Assembly (NCBI GenBank): GCA_900617105.1
Contig: UYFQ01000010.1
Span: 186,001 to 250,000 of the forward strand
Length of the DNA: 64,000 bases
Source of the DNA: Hydrurus foetidus
Lineage: Eukaryota
Direction: 5' to 3'
The notes below the pieces were generated by a model, which did not search any database, was not told the DNA's origin, and was given only the letters and a program-made list of their open reading frames with translations. Position 1 is the first letter of the stretch, and the number at the start of each line of letters is the position of its first letter. A program made the position numbers and the translations under genes. Below, piece after piece: positions 20,425 to 31,522 of this stretch.

Positions 20425-23148
20425 GTGACGTCGCCCACCTCTGCCAAACACACCGATATTGCCCAACTAGACAGCTTGACCGGGGGCGCCTTCACTGCGG
20501 CCACGTCGGGCGAGCGGGCCTCCCGTATTCGGGAGTGGCTGCTGGGCAACCCCGGTGCCGAACAGCTCTCCGAGGTGTTCAAGGAACTCAGCGTCAAGGA
20601 CAAGGGCGCCGCCAAGCTGGTGCGCGAAAAACTGGACGAAGCCCGCCGCGCCAAAGGGCAAGAGGCCCTGGCCGCCGAGTGGGCCGCCCGCGCCCAGGCC
20701 CTGATCGATACCTCCAAACTCAATATTGCCGACGCACTAGCTTGGCAGCGTGACGCCGCCAAGGCCGGTGCGCCCCTGAGCAAAGAGCCACTGGCCACCC
20801 TGAAAACCCAACTGGCCGAGCGCGTGCGCGGTATTGAAGACCTGCAACACCAAGTGCAGGTGCAGCGCGAGGCCGCCGTGTTGCTGGCCCAGCGCATTGA
20901 AGTGCTGTCCACCAAGCCTTGGGGCGATGCCCAAGCCGCGCTGGAAGCCTTGCGTGCCGACGTTGACCATTGGCAAACCCAAGCCACTGCGCTGGTAGCG
21001 CATGTCAGCTGGGCCTGTGTGGACCTTAAATTTCCGCCGTTGCTGGACGCCTCGCGCGCGCAGTTGCTGGTGGTGTGGGATGCGTTCCAGGCTGCCTTGA
21101 AGCTAGCTGTGGCCGCTGCGGCCGACGCCAGCGCGCCGCTGCCACCCGTGCCGGTGTGGGCGGATGAGCTGCGCACCGCGCGCGGCGTGCCCGCGGAGGC
21201 ACCGTCCAAGCAAGCCAAACCCAAGATTGATCCCGAAGTGCGTGCCCAGGCAACCGCTGCCGTGCGCGCCGCGTTGACCACGCTGGAGCAGGAAGTGGCC
21301 GAAGGCCATGGCAAGGCCAGCGCTGGTGCAGCCAATGCCATGCGCAATGCGCTCAAAGAATTTGGCAAAGTTATCGATGGCAAGCTGGAAAACCAGGCCC
21401 ATGCCGCGCTGGCTGCTGCTGGCGAACTCGAAGGCTGGCAGCGCTGGCGTGCCGACCAGATCCGCGAAGAGCTGGTCACCAAGGCCGAGGGCCTGCTCAA
21501 GCGCCCCGAAGGCCAAGCTATGGGCGGGCGCAAGATGCAGGAAACCCTGCGCACCCTGCGCGACCAGTGGAAGCAAACCGACCAGGGCGGTGTGCCCAAC
21601 CACGCGCTGTGGAAGCGCTTTGACGAAGCCTGCAACGAGGCCTACAAGGTGGTCGAGGGCTGGCTGGAGAAGGTGAAGGCCGAATCCGCCGAGCACAAAG
21701 CCCAGCGCTTGGCGCTGATTGCCGAGGTTAACGCCTGGGCTGAAGCCAACCGCACCGCGCTGGACGACGACTGGAAGGGCTTCAACCGCATCCTGCACCA
21801 GTTCGGCGACCGCTGGCGCGAAGGTGGCCACGTAGGCGAAAAGGTGTTTGCCGAACTGCAGCCACTATGGAAAGCCGCCATTGCCAACGCCGCCGCCCCG
21901 CTGGAAGCCCTGCAGGCCCAAAGCATGGCAGCTCGCCACGCGATGATCGAAGAAGCCAAGGTGCTGGGCGATGTCCCGGTGTTGCGCATTGACGCGGTCA
22001 AGGCGCTGCAGCAACGCTGGCAAGCGCAGGCCCACGCGGTGCCGATAGATCGCCGCCAGGAGCAAAAGCTGTGGGATGCCTTCCGCAAACCCATTGACGA
22101 TGCGTTCAACCGCAAGACTACCGAGCGGGAAAAGGCCGAAACCGCCCTCGGCGCACGTGACCGCAGTGTGCTGGATGCTGCCAAGTCGCTGGAAGCCGCC
22201 AATGCCTCGGGCGACGCCCAGGCGATTCGCACCGCCATGGCGGCACTCGAAGCCGCGCTGCAAGGCCAAGCCCAGGCGCAAGCCGAAGTTACCGCCGCCG
22301 GTGCGCAAGAGCAGGCGGCCCAGTCTGCCGCAGCTGATGCGCCAAATATGCCTGAAGCCCCCGTGGAGTCTGCGCTGGATGCTCCTGATTCGATAGCGAA
22401 TCCCGACGCTGAAGCTGCCGTATCTGCCGAAGACAGCGCACCCGAAGCCCCCGTGGCACCCGCTGCACCGGCCAAACCCGCACCGAAGCCCGTGGTGGCC
22501 GTGCGCGGCGATGACCGCCCTGGCATGAAAAAAGAAACACCTGCTATTGCCGGCGGCCGTGGAGGCAAATTTGGCGACCGGAACGAGGCTGGTGCCGGCC
22601 GCGGTGGCCGTGACAGTGCTGCCGCCCCTTGGGGCGATCGAGGCCCGCGCCGCGACGACCGGGGTGACCGCAACTACGCGCCCGCTGCGCCACGTTTGGG
22701 CGACACGGCCTTCCGCGCCCAACGGGATGCCCTGGAACACGCCCAACTGGCCTTGAAGAAGCTGGCCGCCCAAGCCCATGGTGAGGCGCTGACCCAGCTG
22801 CTGACGGCATGGGAAAAGCGCGATGCCAGCCTCCTGCCACCCGCCCAGGAGCTTGGCAGCCGCGCCGCCGCGCAAAGCCGCCCTGTGTGGGCCAAAGCAG
22901 TGGAGGGCAGTGCCCAGCCACAGGCAGCCCTGTCGCTGCTGCGCCTGGAGATGGCCGCCGAAGTGCCCACACCTGCCGAACATCTGGACGCACGCCGTGG
23001 CTTGCAGTTGCAGTTGCTGACCCGCCGCAACGACCCGGCACCGGCCCAAACCTGGGGCCAGGACACTGCGGCGGTGCTGGCCGGCGAATTCGACGCTGGC
23101 GACGCCCGCCGTTTGCAGAATGCATTGAAAGTGTTGCTCAAGCGCTGA
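20425..23148 (+). CDS. DUF349-domain helical protein
   Basis: Repeated LWKRFDEAC / LWDAFRKPID-type helical units; probable GTG start at 20425. Confidence 0.75.
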   Translation: MTSPTSAKHTDIAQLDSLTGGAFTAATSGERASRIREWLLGNPGAEQLSEVFKELSVKDKGAAKLVREKLDEARRAKGQEALAAEWAARAQALIDTSKLNIADALAWQRDAAKAGAPLSKEPLATLKTQLAERVRGIEDLQHQVQVQREAAVLLAQRIEVLSTKPWGDAQAALEALRADVDHWQTQATALVAHVSWACVDLKFPPLLDASRAQLLVVWDAFQAALKLAVAAAADASAPLPPVPVWADELRTARGVPAEAPSKQAKPKIDPEVRAQATAAVRAALTTLEQEVAEGHGKASAGAANAMRNALKEFGKVIDGKLENQAHAALAAAGELEGWQRWRADQIREELVTKAEGLLKRPEGQAMGGRKMQETLRTLRDQWKQTDQGGVPNHALWKRFDEACNEAYKVVEGWLEKVKAESAEHKAQRLALIAEVNAWAEANRTALDDDWKGFNRILHQFGDRWREGGHVGEKVFAELQPLWKAAIANAAAPLEALQAQSMAARHAMIEEAKVLGDVPVLRIDAVKALQQRWQAQAHAVPIDRRQEQKLWDAFRKPIDDAFNRKTTEREKAETALGARDRSVLDAAKSLEAANASGDAQAIRTAMAALEAALQGQAQAQAEVTAAGAQEQAAQSAAADAPNMPEAPVESALDAPDSIANPDAEAAVSAEDSAPEAPVAPAAPAKPAPKPVVAVRGDDRPGMKKETPAIAGGRGGKFGDRNEAGAGRGGRDSAAAPWGDRGPRRDDRGDRNYAPAAPRLGDTAFRAQRDALEHAQLALKKLAAQAHGEALTQLLTAWEKRDASLLPPAQELGSRAAAQSRPVWAKAVEGSAQPQAALSLLRLEMAAEVPTPAEHLDARRGLQLQLLTRRNDPAPAQTWGQDTAAVLAGEFDAGDARRLQNALKVLLKR
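22343..22398 (-). repeat. Dispersed fixed-spacing repeat, copy in-frame in the DUF349 linker
   Basis: Reverse complement gctatcgaatcaggagc-atcca-gcgc-agactccacgggg-gct. Confidence 0.75.
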
Positions 23149-23206
23149 GCGGCGTGGAACAATGGCCCTGCCCTTGAGGGAGGGCGTTTTGACCAAGGGG
23201 AAAACT

Positions 23207-24829
23207 GTGAACTCAGTGGACGACCTGCTGCGCAGGCTGGAGCAACTCAATGCCATCGGGACGGCCCTGTCCAAAGAGCGCGACATCACGCGCTTGCTGG
23301 AGAGCATCCTGGTGGCGGCCAAGACGATCACCCATGCAGACGGTGGGACGCTGTACCGCGTGACCGATGACCAGCAGGCCCTGCGGTTTGAGATCTTGCG
23401 TACCGATTCGCTGCACATCGCCATGGGGGGCACTTCGGGCAATCCGATCAACTTTCCCAATCTGCCATTGCGTGACGCCGACGGCAAGCGCAACGATTCC
23501 TTGGTCGCGGCCTATGCCGTGCTGCACAACCAGACAGTCAACATTGCCGACGCCTATACCGAGGCCAATTTCGACTTCTCTGGCACGCGCCAATTTGACG
23601 AACGCACGGGCTACCGCTCACAGTCCTTCCTGGCCGTGCCCATGAAGGACCACGAGGGTGACGTGATCGGCGTACTGCAGCTCATCAACGCCAAACACCC
23701 ACAAACCGGCGAGGTCGTCTCTTTCTCCAGCGCCGACCAGAGCCTGGCGGAGTCCTTGGCCTCGCAGGCGGCCATCGCCATCACCAACCGCAACCTGATG
23801 ACGCAGCTCGAAGCATTGTTCGAGTCCTTCATCAGCCTCATCAACTTGGCCATTGACGAAAAGTCGCACTACACCGGTGGCCACTGCCAGCGCGTGCCGG
23901 CGCTGACCATGATGCTGGCCGAGGCGGTGAATGCCACGAAGGGCGGGCCGCTGGCGGATTTCACGATGGACGATCGCGACCGCTACGAGCTCAAGATCGC
24001 GGGCTTGCTGCATGACTGCGGCAAGGTCACCACGCCGGTGCACGTGGTGGACAAGGCAACCAAGTTGCAAACCCTGTTTGACCGCATGCAGCTGGTGGAC
24101 ACCCGTTTTGAAGTGCTCAAGCGCGATCTGGAAATTGCCGCGTTGCGCGAGCAGCTTGTGTTGCGCGAAGCACGTGATGCCCCGGCCGAGGCTGAGATCA
24201 TGGCCAGCACGCGCTCCGCCATTGACGCCTTGGATGACGACCGAGAATTCCTGCGCAAGGCCAACCTGGGCGGCGAGTTCATGAAGGACGCAGACGTTGA
24301 GCGGGTGCGCAAGATTGGCACCGGCGCGCGGTGGCGCAATACCGATGGAATCGAATGCGATTTCCTGACAGCCGAAGAGATCGAAAACCTGACGATACGC
24401 GCCGGCACGCTAACCGCCGGAGAGCGCGACATCATCAATTACCACATCGTGGCCACCATCAAGATGCTGGAGCAATTGCCCTGGCCCAAGCACCTGAAGA
24501 ATGTGCCCGAGTACGCCGGTGGCCACCATGAACGCATGGACGGCAAGGGCTACCCCAAGGGGCTGACACGGGATCAAATGTCCGTACAGGCGCGGGTGAT
24601 GGGTATTGCCGATATTTTTGAGGCACTGACCGCGCGGGATCGCCCCTACAAACAGGGTATGAAGCTGTCACAGGCCATGGGCATCATGCACAAGTTCCGT
24701 ACCGGAGGTCACATCGACCCCGACCTGTTCGATATCTTTGTCGGTGAACAGGTTTATCTGCGCTACGCCCAGCAGTTTCTGGACCCCTGGCAGATTGACG
24801 AAGTCAATCCGCAAGCCTGGGTGAACTGA
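23207..24829 (+). CDS. GAF + HD-GYP c-di-GMP phosphodiesterase
   Basis: N-terminal GAF (FDERTGYRSQSFLAVPM), LLHDCGK, HHERMDGKGYP, RPYK; start 23207 (GTG) or 23162. Confidence 0.9.
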   Translation: MNSVDDLLRRLEQLNAIGTALSKERDITRLLESILVAAKTITHADGGTLYRVTDDQQALRFEILRTDSLHIAMGGTSGNPINFPNLPLRDADGKRNDSLVAAYAVLHNQTVNIADAYTEANFDFSGTRQFDERTGYRSQSFLAVPMKDHEGDVIGVLQLINAKHPQTGEVVSFSSADQSLAESLASQAAIAITNRNLMTQLEALFESFISLINLAIDEKSHYTGGHCQRVPALTMMLAEAVNATKGGPLADFTMDDRDRYELKIAGLLHDCGKVTTPVHVVDKATKLQTLFDRMQLVDTRFEVLKRDLEIAALREQLVLREARDAPAEAEIMASTRSAIDALDDDREFLRKANLGGEFMKDADVERVRKIGTGARWRNTDGIECDFLTAEEIENLTIRAGTLTAGERDIINYHIVATIKMLEQLPWPKHLKNVPEYAGGHHERMDGKGYPKGLTRDQMSVQARVMGIADIFEALTARDRPYKQGMKLSQAMGIMHKFRTGGHIDPDLFDIFVGEQVYLRYAQQFLDPWQIDEVNPQAWVN

Positions 24830-25607
24830 TCTCGGGGCTGTCGGGGGGCAGGCGCTTGACCTGCACGCCCGACGCTTCACGCGGGTTCCATGACAAGCGA
24901 AGCACTTCGGCACGCGGCGGTGTCGCACCTAAATCCCAGTCGCTGAGCACCGTGCGGTCGTGCGCGGCATCCAACGTGTGAAAGCCGGGCTTGTGCGTGT
25001 GGCCGTGTAACAGATGCAGCGCGTTATCGGCAGCCAGCCATTGCAGCGCGGCGGGTGTGTCTACATCGGCGTACCGTGTTTCCACGTGTTTTTTGGCTTC
25101 GCTTTGGCTGCGCAAGCTGCGCGCAATGTCTTGTCGCGCGGCCAAGGACTGGCCAAGAAAAGCGCTTTGCCACTCCGGGCTGCGCACTTGGGTGCGAAAG
25201 ACCTGGTATTCGGTGTCGTCCAGGCAGAGGGCGTCTCCGTGGCTGAGCAGCCAGCGGGTCTGATGGATCTGAAGAACCGTGGGGTCAGGGAGCAGGGTGG
25301 CGCCACAGGCCTGCATCAAAGCTTCGCCCATCAGGAAGTCGCGGTTACCGTGCATGATGTATATGGGCAGGCGTTGCGCGGTCTGGCGCAGCACGCGGCT
25401 GCATTCGGCTTCGAAGGTGGCGGTGTTCGCCAGTACATCGTCACCTACCCAGACCTCAAACAGATCACCCAAAATAAAAACTGCGTCCGCCGTGGTCTGG
25501 CCCAGATACTGGCGCCAGGCCTCGAAGGTTAGCGGTTCACTGGCCTGCAGGTGCAGGTCGGAGATGAAGTCGACGCGTTGCCAGTGGGACGGCGCGTGCA
25601 GTTCCAT
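24804..25607 (-). CDS. lpxH: UDP-2,3-diacylglucosamine hydrolase
   Basis: ISDLHL, GDLFEVWVGDD, HGNRDF, HGHTH; lies downstream of ppiB. Confidence 0.93.
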   Translation of the reverse strand: MELHAPSHWQRVDFISDLHLQASEPLTFEAWRQYLGQTTADAVFILGDLFEVWVGDDVLANTATFEAECSRVLRQTAQRLPIYIMHGNRDFLMGEALMQACGATLLPDPTVLQIHQTRWLLSHGDALCLDDTEYQVFRTQVRSPEWQSAFLGQSLAARQDIARSLRSQSEAKKHVETRYADVDTPAALQWLAADNALHLLHGHTHKPGFHTLDAAHDRTVLSDWDLGATPPRAEVLRLSWNPREASGVQVKRLPPDSPEISSPRLAD

Positions 25608-25624
25608 CCCACGACACCCGGTGC

Positions 25625-26131
25625 TTACAGCGCGACGGCTTTTTCGATGATGACGTCTTCTTTCGGCACGTCGTCATGGAAGCCCTTACGGCCCGTCTTC
25701 ACGGCCTTGACCTTGTCCACCACGTCGGTGCCAGCCACCACTTTGCCAAACACGGCATAGCCCCAGCCTTGGGTGGAGGTGGCGGTGTGGTTCAGAAAGC
25801 CGTTGTCTGCAATGTTGATGAAGAACTGCGCAGTGGCAGAGTGGGGGTCGCCAGTGCGCGCCATAGCCACGGTGTACACATTGTTCTTCAGGCCGTTGGT
25901 GGCCTCGTTTTCAATGGGGTCGTCGGTGGATTTTTGGCCCATGCCAGGCTCCATGCCGCCGCCTTGCACCATGAAGCCGGGGATGACGCGGTGGAAGATG
26001 GTGTTGTTGTAGTGGCCTTTGTTCACATAGGCCAGGAAGTTGGCGGTGGACTTGGGGGCTTTGTCAGCATCCAGTTCCAGCGTGATAACGCCGTAGCCGG
26101 TGATGTGGAGTTCGACTTGGGGATTGCTCAT
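25625..26131 (-). CDS. ppiB: Cyclophilin-type peptidyl-prolyl isomerase B
   Basis: [38 protein letters not shown]. Confidence 0.95.
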   Translation of the reverse strand: MSNPQVELHITGYGVITLELDADKAPKSTANFLAYVNKGHYNNTIFHRVIPGFMVQGGGMEPGMGQKSTDDPIENEATNGLKNNVYTVAMARTGDPHSATAQFFINIADNGFLNHTATSTQGWGYAVFGKVVAGTDVVDKVKAVKTGRKGFHDDVPKEDVIIEKAVAL

Positions 26132-26134
26132 GGT

Positions 26135-26827
26135 TTATTTCAGCACTGTGGCGGAGTTGATGATGATGGGGGTTTTCGGTACGTCGCTTGGAAAAGGTCC
26201 GCCCGCGCCAGTGGGCATGGCCTTGATCTTCATGACCACCTCCATACCGCTGATAACTTTGCCAAACACGGTGTAGCCGAATAGCTTAGGCGAGTTCAGC
26301 AACGCTGCACGCGGCGTGTCTTTGTACACCTGGCCCTGGTACTCAAAACGGGGAACCGGGTCACCCGGCGGGATCAGTACTGGATCCAGGAACGCATTGT
26401 CCTGCACATTGATGAAAAATTGCGCGGTGGCAGACTGGGGGTCATTGGTGCGGGCCATGGCCAGCGTGCCCACCACATTGCGCGGACCACCGCGGGCCAG
26501 CGCATCCCGGCCCTCATGGGCCACGGGTGCGCGCGTAGGGCGTTCGTTGTATTTGGTGTCAAAGCCGCCGCCCTGCACCATGAAGTTGGGGATGACACGG
26601 TGAAAAATCGTGCCGTTGTAGTGCTTGTCGTTGACGTACTGCAGAAAGTTTTCCACCGTCTTGGGGGCCTTGTCGGCATACAGCTCCACCACGAAATCTC
26701 CGGCGGAGGTCTGGAACTTCACACGGGGAAGTTCATCTGCCTGTGCCACCACGGGCAGCAAGAGCGTGGCACACAAGGCCAAGGCGGCACGCCGTGTCGG
26801 TACCCGAATAAAGTCGAACAGTCCCAC
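26135..26827 (-). CDS. ppiA: Periplasmic cyclophilin-type peptidyl-prolyl isomerase
   Basis: Signal-like N-terminus; [23 protein letters not shown]. Confidence 0.85.
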   Translation of the reverse strand: MGLFDFIRVPTRRAALALCATLLLPVVAQADELPRVKFQTSAGDFVVELYADKAPKTVENFLQYVNDKHYNGTIFHRVIPNFMVQGGGFDTKYNERPTRAPVAHEGRDALARGGPRNVVGTLAMARTNDPQSATAQFFINVQDNAFLDPVLIPPGDPVPRFEYQGQVYKDTPRAALLNSPKLFGYTVFGKVISGMEVVMKIKAMPTGAGGPFPSDVPKTPIIINSATVLK

Positions 26828-28104
26828 TACAAGACTCCTTCAAAGAAGATTTTCCAATGGTTGCCCTGGCGAATCCAGTACTGGCGCTTGGTCCAGCCCA
26901 CGCGTACCCCGTCTGCTACTTCGCCAAACGTGGCCACCATGGTGTCGGCACTGTCGGTCCAGCGTAGGTAAGAGACATCCTTGAGCTGGATGGTGCGACC
27001 CTGCATCTTGTCCATCTCGGAACGCAGGGTGGGTGTCCATTGCGCCAGTGACTTGCCGTTGCTGGAGAAGTCGGACGTATAGAAAGATAAAACCTGGTTG
27101 ATGTCACCCGAGGTCTTGGCGTTACGCCAGGCCAGCAGGGCGTCTTCAAACGGTTTGGCCTCCCCCCGCGAGCTGTTGGGTGACACCCATTGCAGCTGGG
27201 GGGAGATCACCACGGGCGTCGAGCGCACCTCTACCGTGCGGATGATGTGGTCCAGATCGGGGTTGGCCAGCACCACGCAGCCGTCGGTGGCCAGGGGCGG
27301 GCGCGAGAACTGGTTGGGCGGCGTGCCATGCAGCCAAATGCCTCCACCAGTCTTGCCACGTTTGGCGTCCAGGATGTTGGGGTAGTTGATGGGCAGGGCG
27401 CCGGAGCCGTAAAACTCCTTGAGCGACTTGCGGTCCAGGTTGCTGGTGATGTAGTAAATGCCCAGTGGCGTGCGCTGATCGCCTTCGGCGGTCTTGGAGG
27501 TACCGGCTTTGCCGACCGAGATGTAGTAGTCGGCCACCAGGTTCAGCCCGGATGCAGTATTTTCAAACAAGTAAAGACGCGAGCGCGAGGCATCCACCGC
27601 AATGGCGTGCTTGGTGCGTTGGGACAGTTGTAAAAACTGGGTTGGAATCAGCCCCGCGGCAGGCCGCTCTTTCAATGCGCGCACTCGGCGTAGCGACTCT
27701 TCTCGCAGTTCGCTCAAGGTGCCGGCCGCTTCCCGGGCCATGGCTTCCGGCACATCGCCGACCATGGTTAGCGCACGGGTGCGTGCAGCCAGCAAGTCAC
27801 CGTAGACCAGTTGGGCCAGCTGAAAGTGCGGCAGGTCTAGCGCCAGCTGCTCGGCCTTGGCCAACGCCTCGCGGTTTTGCCCCTTGCCGATCAGGGTGTA
27901 GACCTCGATCAGCCGGGCCTCCGCCACTCCATCAGAATCTGCCGGCTGCTGCGCGACGGGGGCCGCATTCTGTTTGGCCACGGGCTTGGCCGCCAATGCC
28001 AAGTTGCAGGCGGCGCACAAGGCCAGCACCACAGCGGTGGCGCGCAGCACAGTTTGCAAAGAGGAGCTCAGGGAGTAGCGCAAAGTCAGGAGGGAGCAAA
28101 TCAT
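26827..28104 (-). CDS. L,D-transpeptidase (YkuD) family protein
   Basis: EGDQRTPLG, IWLHG...TDGCV catalytic His/Cys motif; start uncertain. Confidence 0.85.
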   Translation of the reverse strand: MICSLLTLRYSLSSSLQTVLRATAVVLALCAACNLALAAKPVAKQNAAPVAQQPADSDGVAEARLIEVYTLIGKGQNREALAKAEQLALDLPHFQLAQLVYGDLLAARTRALTMVGDVPEAMAREAAGTLSELREESLRRVRALKERPAAGLIPTQFLQLSQRTKHAIAVDASRSRLYLFENTASGLNLVADYYISVGKAGTSKTAEGDQRTPLGIYYITSNLDRKSLKEFYGSGALPINYPNILDAKRGKTGGGIWLHGTPPNQFSRPPLATDGCVVLANPDLDHIIRTVEVRSTPVVISPQLQWVSPNSSRGEAKPFEDALLAWRNAKTSGDINQVLSFYTSDFSSNGKSLAQWTPTLRSEMDKMQGRTIQLKDVSYLRWTDSADTMVATFGEVADGVRVGWTKRQYWIRQGNHWKIFFEGVL

Positions 28105-28132
28105 GGTGAACAAAAACTGCAGTCGCCGGGAC

Positions 28133-29293
28133 TCAGTTGACCACCGACTCCCGCACAATGACCCATCGTTCACCGGCTTTCACCAGGTCCAGCGACTTGC
28201 GGCTGGACACCGCCAATTCATTGGCCTTGTAGTCCTGGCGGAACTTGGCCACGGCCTTGTTGCCATTGACCGAGATGTTCAGGTTTTCCAGTTTCACACT
28301 GATCTTGGATTTGCTGGTAATACGTTGACGGCGTTCTTCTTCCCAGGCATTGCGGTTAGCGTTTCCCGGTGGGTCAAATTCTTTGCCGTAGGAGGCCAGA
28401 TAGCTTTTCACATCTTTGGACGCCCAGGCATGCGCCCAGGCACGCACGGCGGCTTCCACTTCCTTGTTGCCGTTGGCTGCCACATGGGCGGGTGCAGTAG
28501 CAGGTTGGGGCGTTGGCGTAGGAGCCGCAGGTGTTACGGCCGGTGCGGCTGCCACCACAGGGGGCACGGTCGCCGCGGATGGGGTGGCTGTGGGCACGGT
28601 GGTAGACGGGGCAGGCGTTGTTGCCAAAGTCGGAGGTGCCTTGACAGGAGCTTGCGCGGGCAAGGTCGGTGGTGCCTTGAAGGGGGGCGCCGCAGCTACA
28701 ACGGCAGCGCTGGGCTGTGCGGGTACGGGAGAGGGCAGGGCAGCCGCGGCAGTCGGGCGCTGGCCCTTGGCAGCGGGGTTGAACAGCTCGCGAATCAGGG
28801 CCAGCTTGGGCGCCACGGCGGTATTGGATGCATCCAGCTGCAGGGCCTTGCCATAGGCTTGGCTGGCCAGCTTGGCGTAGACGTCGCCCAGGTTTTCATG
28901 GGCGGTGGTGTAGCTGGGGTTGGTGCGGATGGCCATTTCCAGCGCGGTGCGGGCCTTGTCGAACTGGCTTTGGCCAGCGTAGAGCACGGCCAGGTTGTTG
29001 TAAGGCTCAGGCAGCTCGGGGTAGTCTTCGGTCAGGCGGGTGAAGGTGGAAATGGCATCGCTGGTTTTGCCCGAGTCACGCTGGATCACACCCTTGAGAA
29101 AGCGCATTTGTGGATCGCGCGGCTTGGTCGCCAGGTACTGGTCGGCTTTGGTCAGGGCATCGGCCAGCTTGCCATTGCGCACCAGTTGGGACACGTCTGC
29201 ATATTCATCAGCATGGGCTACCGACAGCATCATGGAGACCGCAAGGGCTGCCATACGGAGTGATGAGAATACGAGAGAGGGGGCGTGCTTCAT
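28133..29293 (-). CDS. TPR protein with Pro/Ala linker and NTF2-like C-terminal domain
   Basis: PEPYNNLAVLYA and AHENLGDVY TPR motifs; signal peptide from MKHAPS. Confidence 0.8.
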   Translation of the reverse strand: MKHAPSLVFSSLRMAALAVSMMLSVAHADEYADVSQLVRNGKLADALTKADQYLATKPRDPQMRFLKGVIQRDSGKTSDAISTFTRLTEDYPELPEPYNNLAVLYAGQSQFDKARTALEMAIRTNPSYTTAHENLGDVYAKLASQAYGKALQLDASNTAVAPKLALIRELFNPAAKGQRPTAAAALPSPVPAQPSAAVVAAAPPFKAPPTLPAQAPVKAPPTLATTPAPSTTVPTATPSAATVPPVVAAAPAVTPAAPTPTPQPATAPAHVAANGNKEVEAAVRAWAHAWASKDVKSYLASYGKEFDPPGNANRNAWEEERRQRITSKSKISVKLENLNISVNGNKAVAKFRQDYKANELAVSSRKSLDLVKAGERWVIVRESVVN

Positions 29294-29478
29294 ATTGCCT
29301 TTGGATTTCTGCGCGGGGGATGGCCCTCTGGCCGGGGCTTTATACTGCGATGCATTGTAGCTGAGGGGTAGCCTGTCTCTCCCCGGCAAATACCCCGGAT
29401 TCACCCCGCGCGAGCCCTGCAACCCTCACCCGAGTTGCCACGGGCTCGCTGCTTTTGTGTGTTGGTTTTGAGATACCC

Positions 29479-30858
29479 ATGAGTTTGCGCATTTACAACA
29501 CGCTGTCGCGTGCTTTGCAGCCGTTTTCACCGATGGAGCCTGGTCACGTGCGGATGTACGTGTGCGGTATGACCATCTATGACCTGTGCCACATCGGCCA
29601 TGCCCGCATGATGATGGCATTTGACGTGGTGCAGCGCTGGCTCAAGGCCAGTGGCCTGCGCGTCACTTACGTGCGCAACATCACCGATATCGATGACAAG
29701 ATCATCAAGCGCGCGCTGGAGCGTGGCATCACCATCCGCCAGCTCACCGATGAAATGATTGCCGCCATGCACACGGATATTGGCGCGCTGGGCATCGAGC
29801 CTCCATCGCTGGAGCCACGGGCTACCGAATACGTGCCGCAAATGCTGTCACTGATCAGTCAGCTGGAAGGCAAGGGCCTGGCGTACCGTGCCAGCAATGG
29901 CGATGTGAACTACTCGGTGCGTAAGTTTCCCGGCTACGGCAAGCTGTCAGGCAAGTCGCTGGACGAACTGCGGGCCGGGGAGCGTGTCGCCGTGCTGGAT
30001 GGCAAGGAAGACCCTTTGGACTTTGTGCTGTGGAAGTCTGCCAAGCCCGAAGAGCCGGCTGACGCCAAATGGGATAGTGCGTTTGGTGCCGGCCGCCCGG
30101 GCTGGCACATCGAGTGCTCCGCCATGTGCGGCGCCACGTTGGGCGAAACCTTCGACATCCATGGCGGCGGGGCTGACCTGCAATTCCCCCACCACGAAAA
30201 CGAGATCGCCCAGAGCGAAGGCGCCACGGGTAAGCCGCTGGCGCACTTCTGGGTGCACAACGGTTTTGTGCGGGTGGACAACGAGAAGATGTCCAAGAGC
30301 CTGGGCAATTTCTTCACCATCCGCGAGGTCTTGGCCAAGTACGACGTGGAGACCGTGCGTTTCTTCCTGGTGCGCACCCATTACCGTACGGCACTGAATT
30401 ACAGCGATGCCCACCTGAACGACGCCCATGCCGCGCTGCGGCGTCTGTACACCGCGTTAGATCTCGTGGCACCGCAGTTGTCGACTGCGATCGACTGGTC
30501 CGAGCCATTTGCAGCTCGTTTCAAGGCCGGCATGGACGAGGACTTCGGTACGCCCGAGGCCGTAGCCGTGTTGTTTGACCTGGCGACCGAAGTGAATCGC
30601 AGCAAGTCTCCTGAGTTGGCCGGACAGCTGAAAGCCTTGGGAGCGTGCCTGGGTTTGCTGCAAGCGGACCCGCAAGCGTTTTTGCAAGCCGGTGCGTCCT
30701 TGGGTGATACCGCTATCCAGACATTGATTGCCCAGCGTGCCACGGCCAAGGCCGCCAAGGACTTTGCGCTGGCCGATACCATCCGCAAGGATTTGTTGGC
30801 CCAAGGCATCGTGTTGAAAGACTCAGCCACTGGCACTACGTGGGAAGCGCTGCAGTAA
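29479..30858 (+). CDS. cysS: Cysteine--tRNA ligase
   Basis: [21 protein letters not shown] motifs. Confidence 0.98.
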   Translation: MSLRIYNTLSRALQPFSPMEPGHVRMYVCGMTIYDLCHIGHARMMMAFDVVQRWLKASGLRVTYVRNITDIDDKIIKRALERGITIRQLTDEMIAAMHTDIGALGIEPPSLEPRATEYVPQMLSLISQLEGKGLAYRASNGDVNYSVRKFPGYGKLSGKSLDELRAGERVAVLDGKEDPLDFVLWKSAKPEEPADAKWDSAFGAGRPGWHIECSAMCGATLGETFDIHGGGADLQFPHHENEIAQSEGATGKPLAHFWVHNGFVRVDNEKMSKSLGNFFTIREVLAKYDVETVRFFLVRTHYRTALNYSDAHLNDAHAALRRLYTALDLVAPQLSTAIDWSEPFAARFKAGMDEDFGTPEAVAVLFDLATEVNRSKSPELAGQLKALGACLGLLQADPQAFLQAGASLGDTAIQTLIAQRATAKAAKDFALADTIRKDLLAQGIVLKDSATGTTWEALQ

Positions 30859-31508
30859 TGGCGACGCCTATCAAACTTGAAGAGGCGGTGGCCACCCCGT
30901 ATTTCTGGGAAGAAGCCTGCAAGCACCTGATGAAAAAAGACCGGGTGATGAAGCGCCTGATCCCGCAGTTTGGTGACGCCTGTCTGCAAACCCGGGGTGA
31001 TGCCTTTGTCACCTTGGCGCGCAGCATTGTGGGCCAGCAGATCTCGGTCAAATCCGCCCAAACCGTGTGGGACCGCTTCGCACTGCTGCCGCGCAAAATG
31101 ACGCCCGCCAATGTGCTCAAGCTCAAGGTGGATGACATGCGCGCCGCAGGCCTGAGCGTGCGCAAAGTCGAATACCTGGTGGACCTGGCGCTGCACTTTG
31201 ACAATGGGGCCCTGCACGTGAAGGATTGGGACGGCATGGGCGATGAGGAGATCATTGCCGAGCTGGTGTCCATCCGTGGCATTGGCCGCTGGACGGCCGA
31301 GATGTTCCTGATCTTCCACCTGATGCGGCCCAACGTGTTGCCGCTGGACGATGCGGGCCTGATCACTGGTATCAGCAAAAACTATTTTTCAGACGATGTG
31401 GTGAGCCGCAGCGATGCGCGCGAAGTGGCTGCCGCCTGGGCGCCGTACTGCAGTGTGGCAACTTGGTATATTTGGCGGTCTCTCGACCCCCTACCGGTCG
31501 CGTACTAG
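30858..31508 (+). CDS. DNA-3-methyladenine glycosylase II (AlkA/HhH-GPD family)
   Basis: [23 protein letters not shown] helix-hairpin-helix, LPLDD. Confidence 0.9.
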   Translation: MATPIKLEEAVATPYFWEEACKHLMKKDRVMKRLIPQFGDACLQTRGDAFVTLARSIVGQQISVKSAQTVWDRFALLPRKMTPANVLKLKVDDMRAAGLSVRKVEYLVDLALHFDNGALHVKDWDGMGDEEIIAELVSIRGIGRWTAEMFLIFHLMRPNVLPLDDAGLITGISKNYFSDDVVSRSDAREVAAAWAPYCSVATWYIWRSLDPLPVAY

Positions 31509-31522
31509 AAGGAGAAACAACG

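Noticed and set aside
20403..23493. Long antisense ORFs over DUF349 (similar ones occur over glyA, the TPR gene, aceE, lpdA, the MFS and GH125)
   Set aside because: Expected stop-poor shadow frames in high-GC coding DNA.
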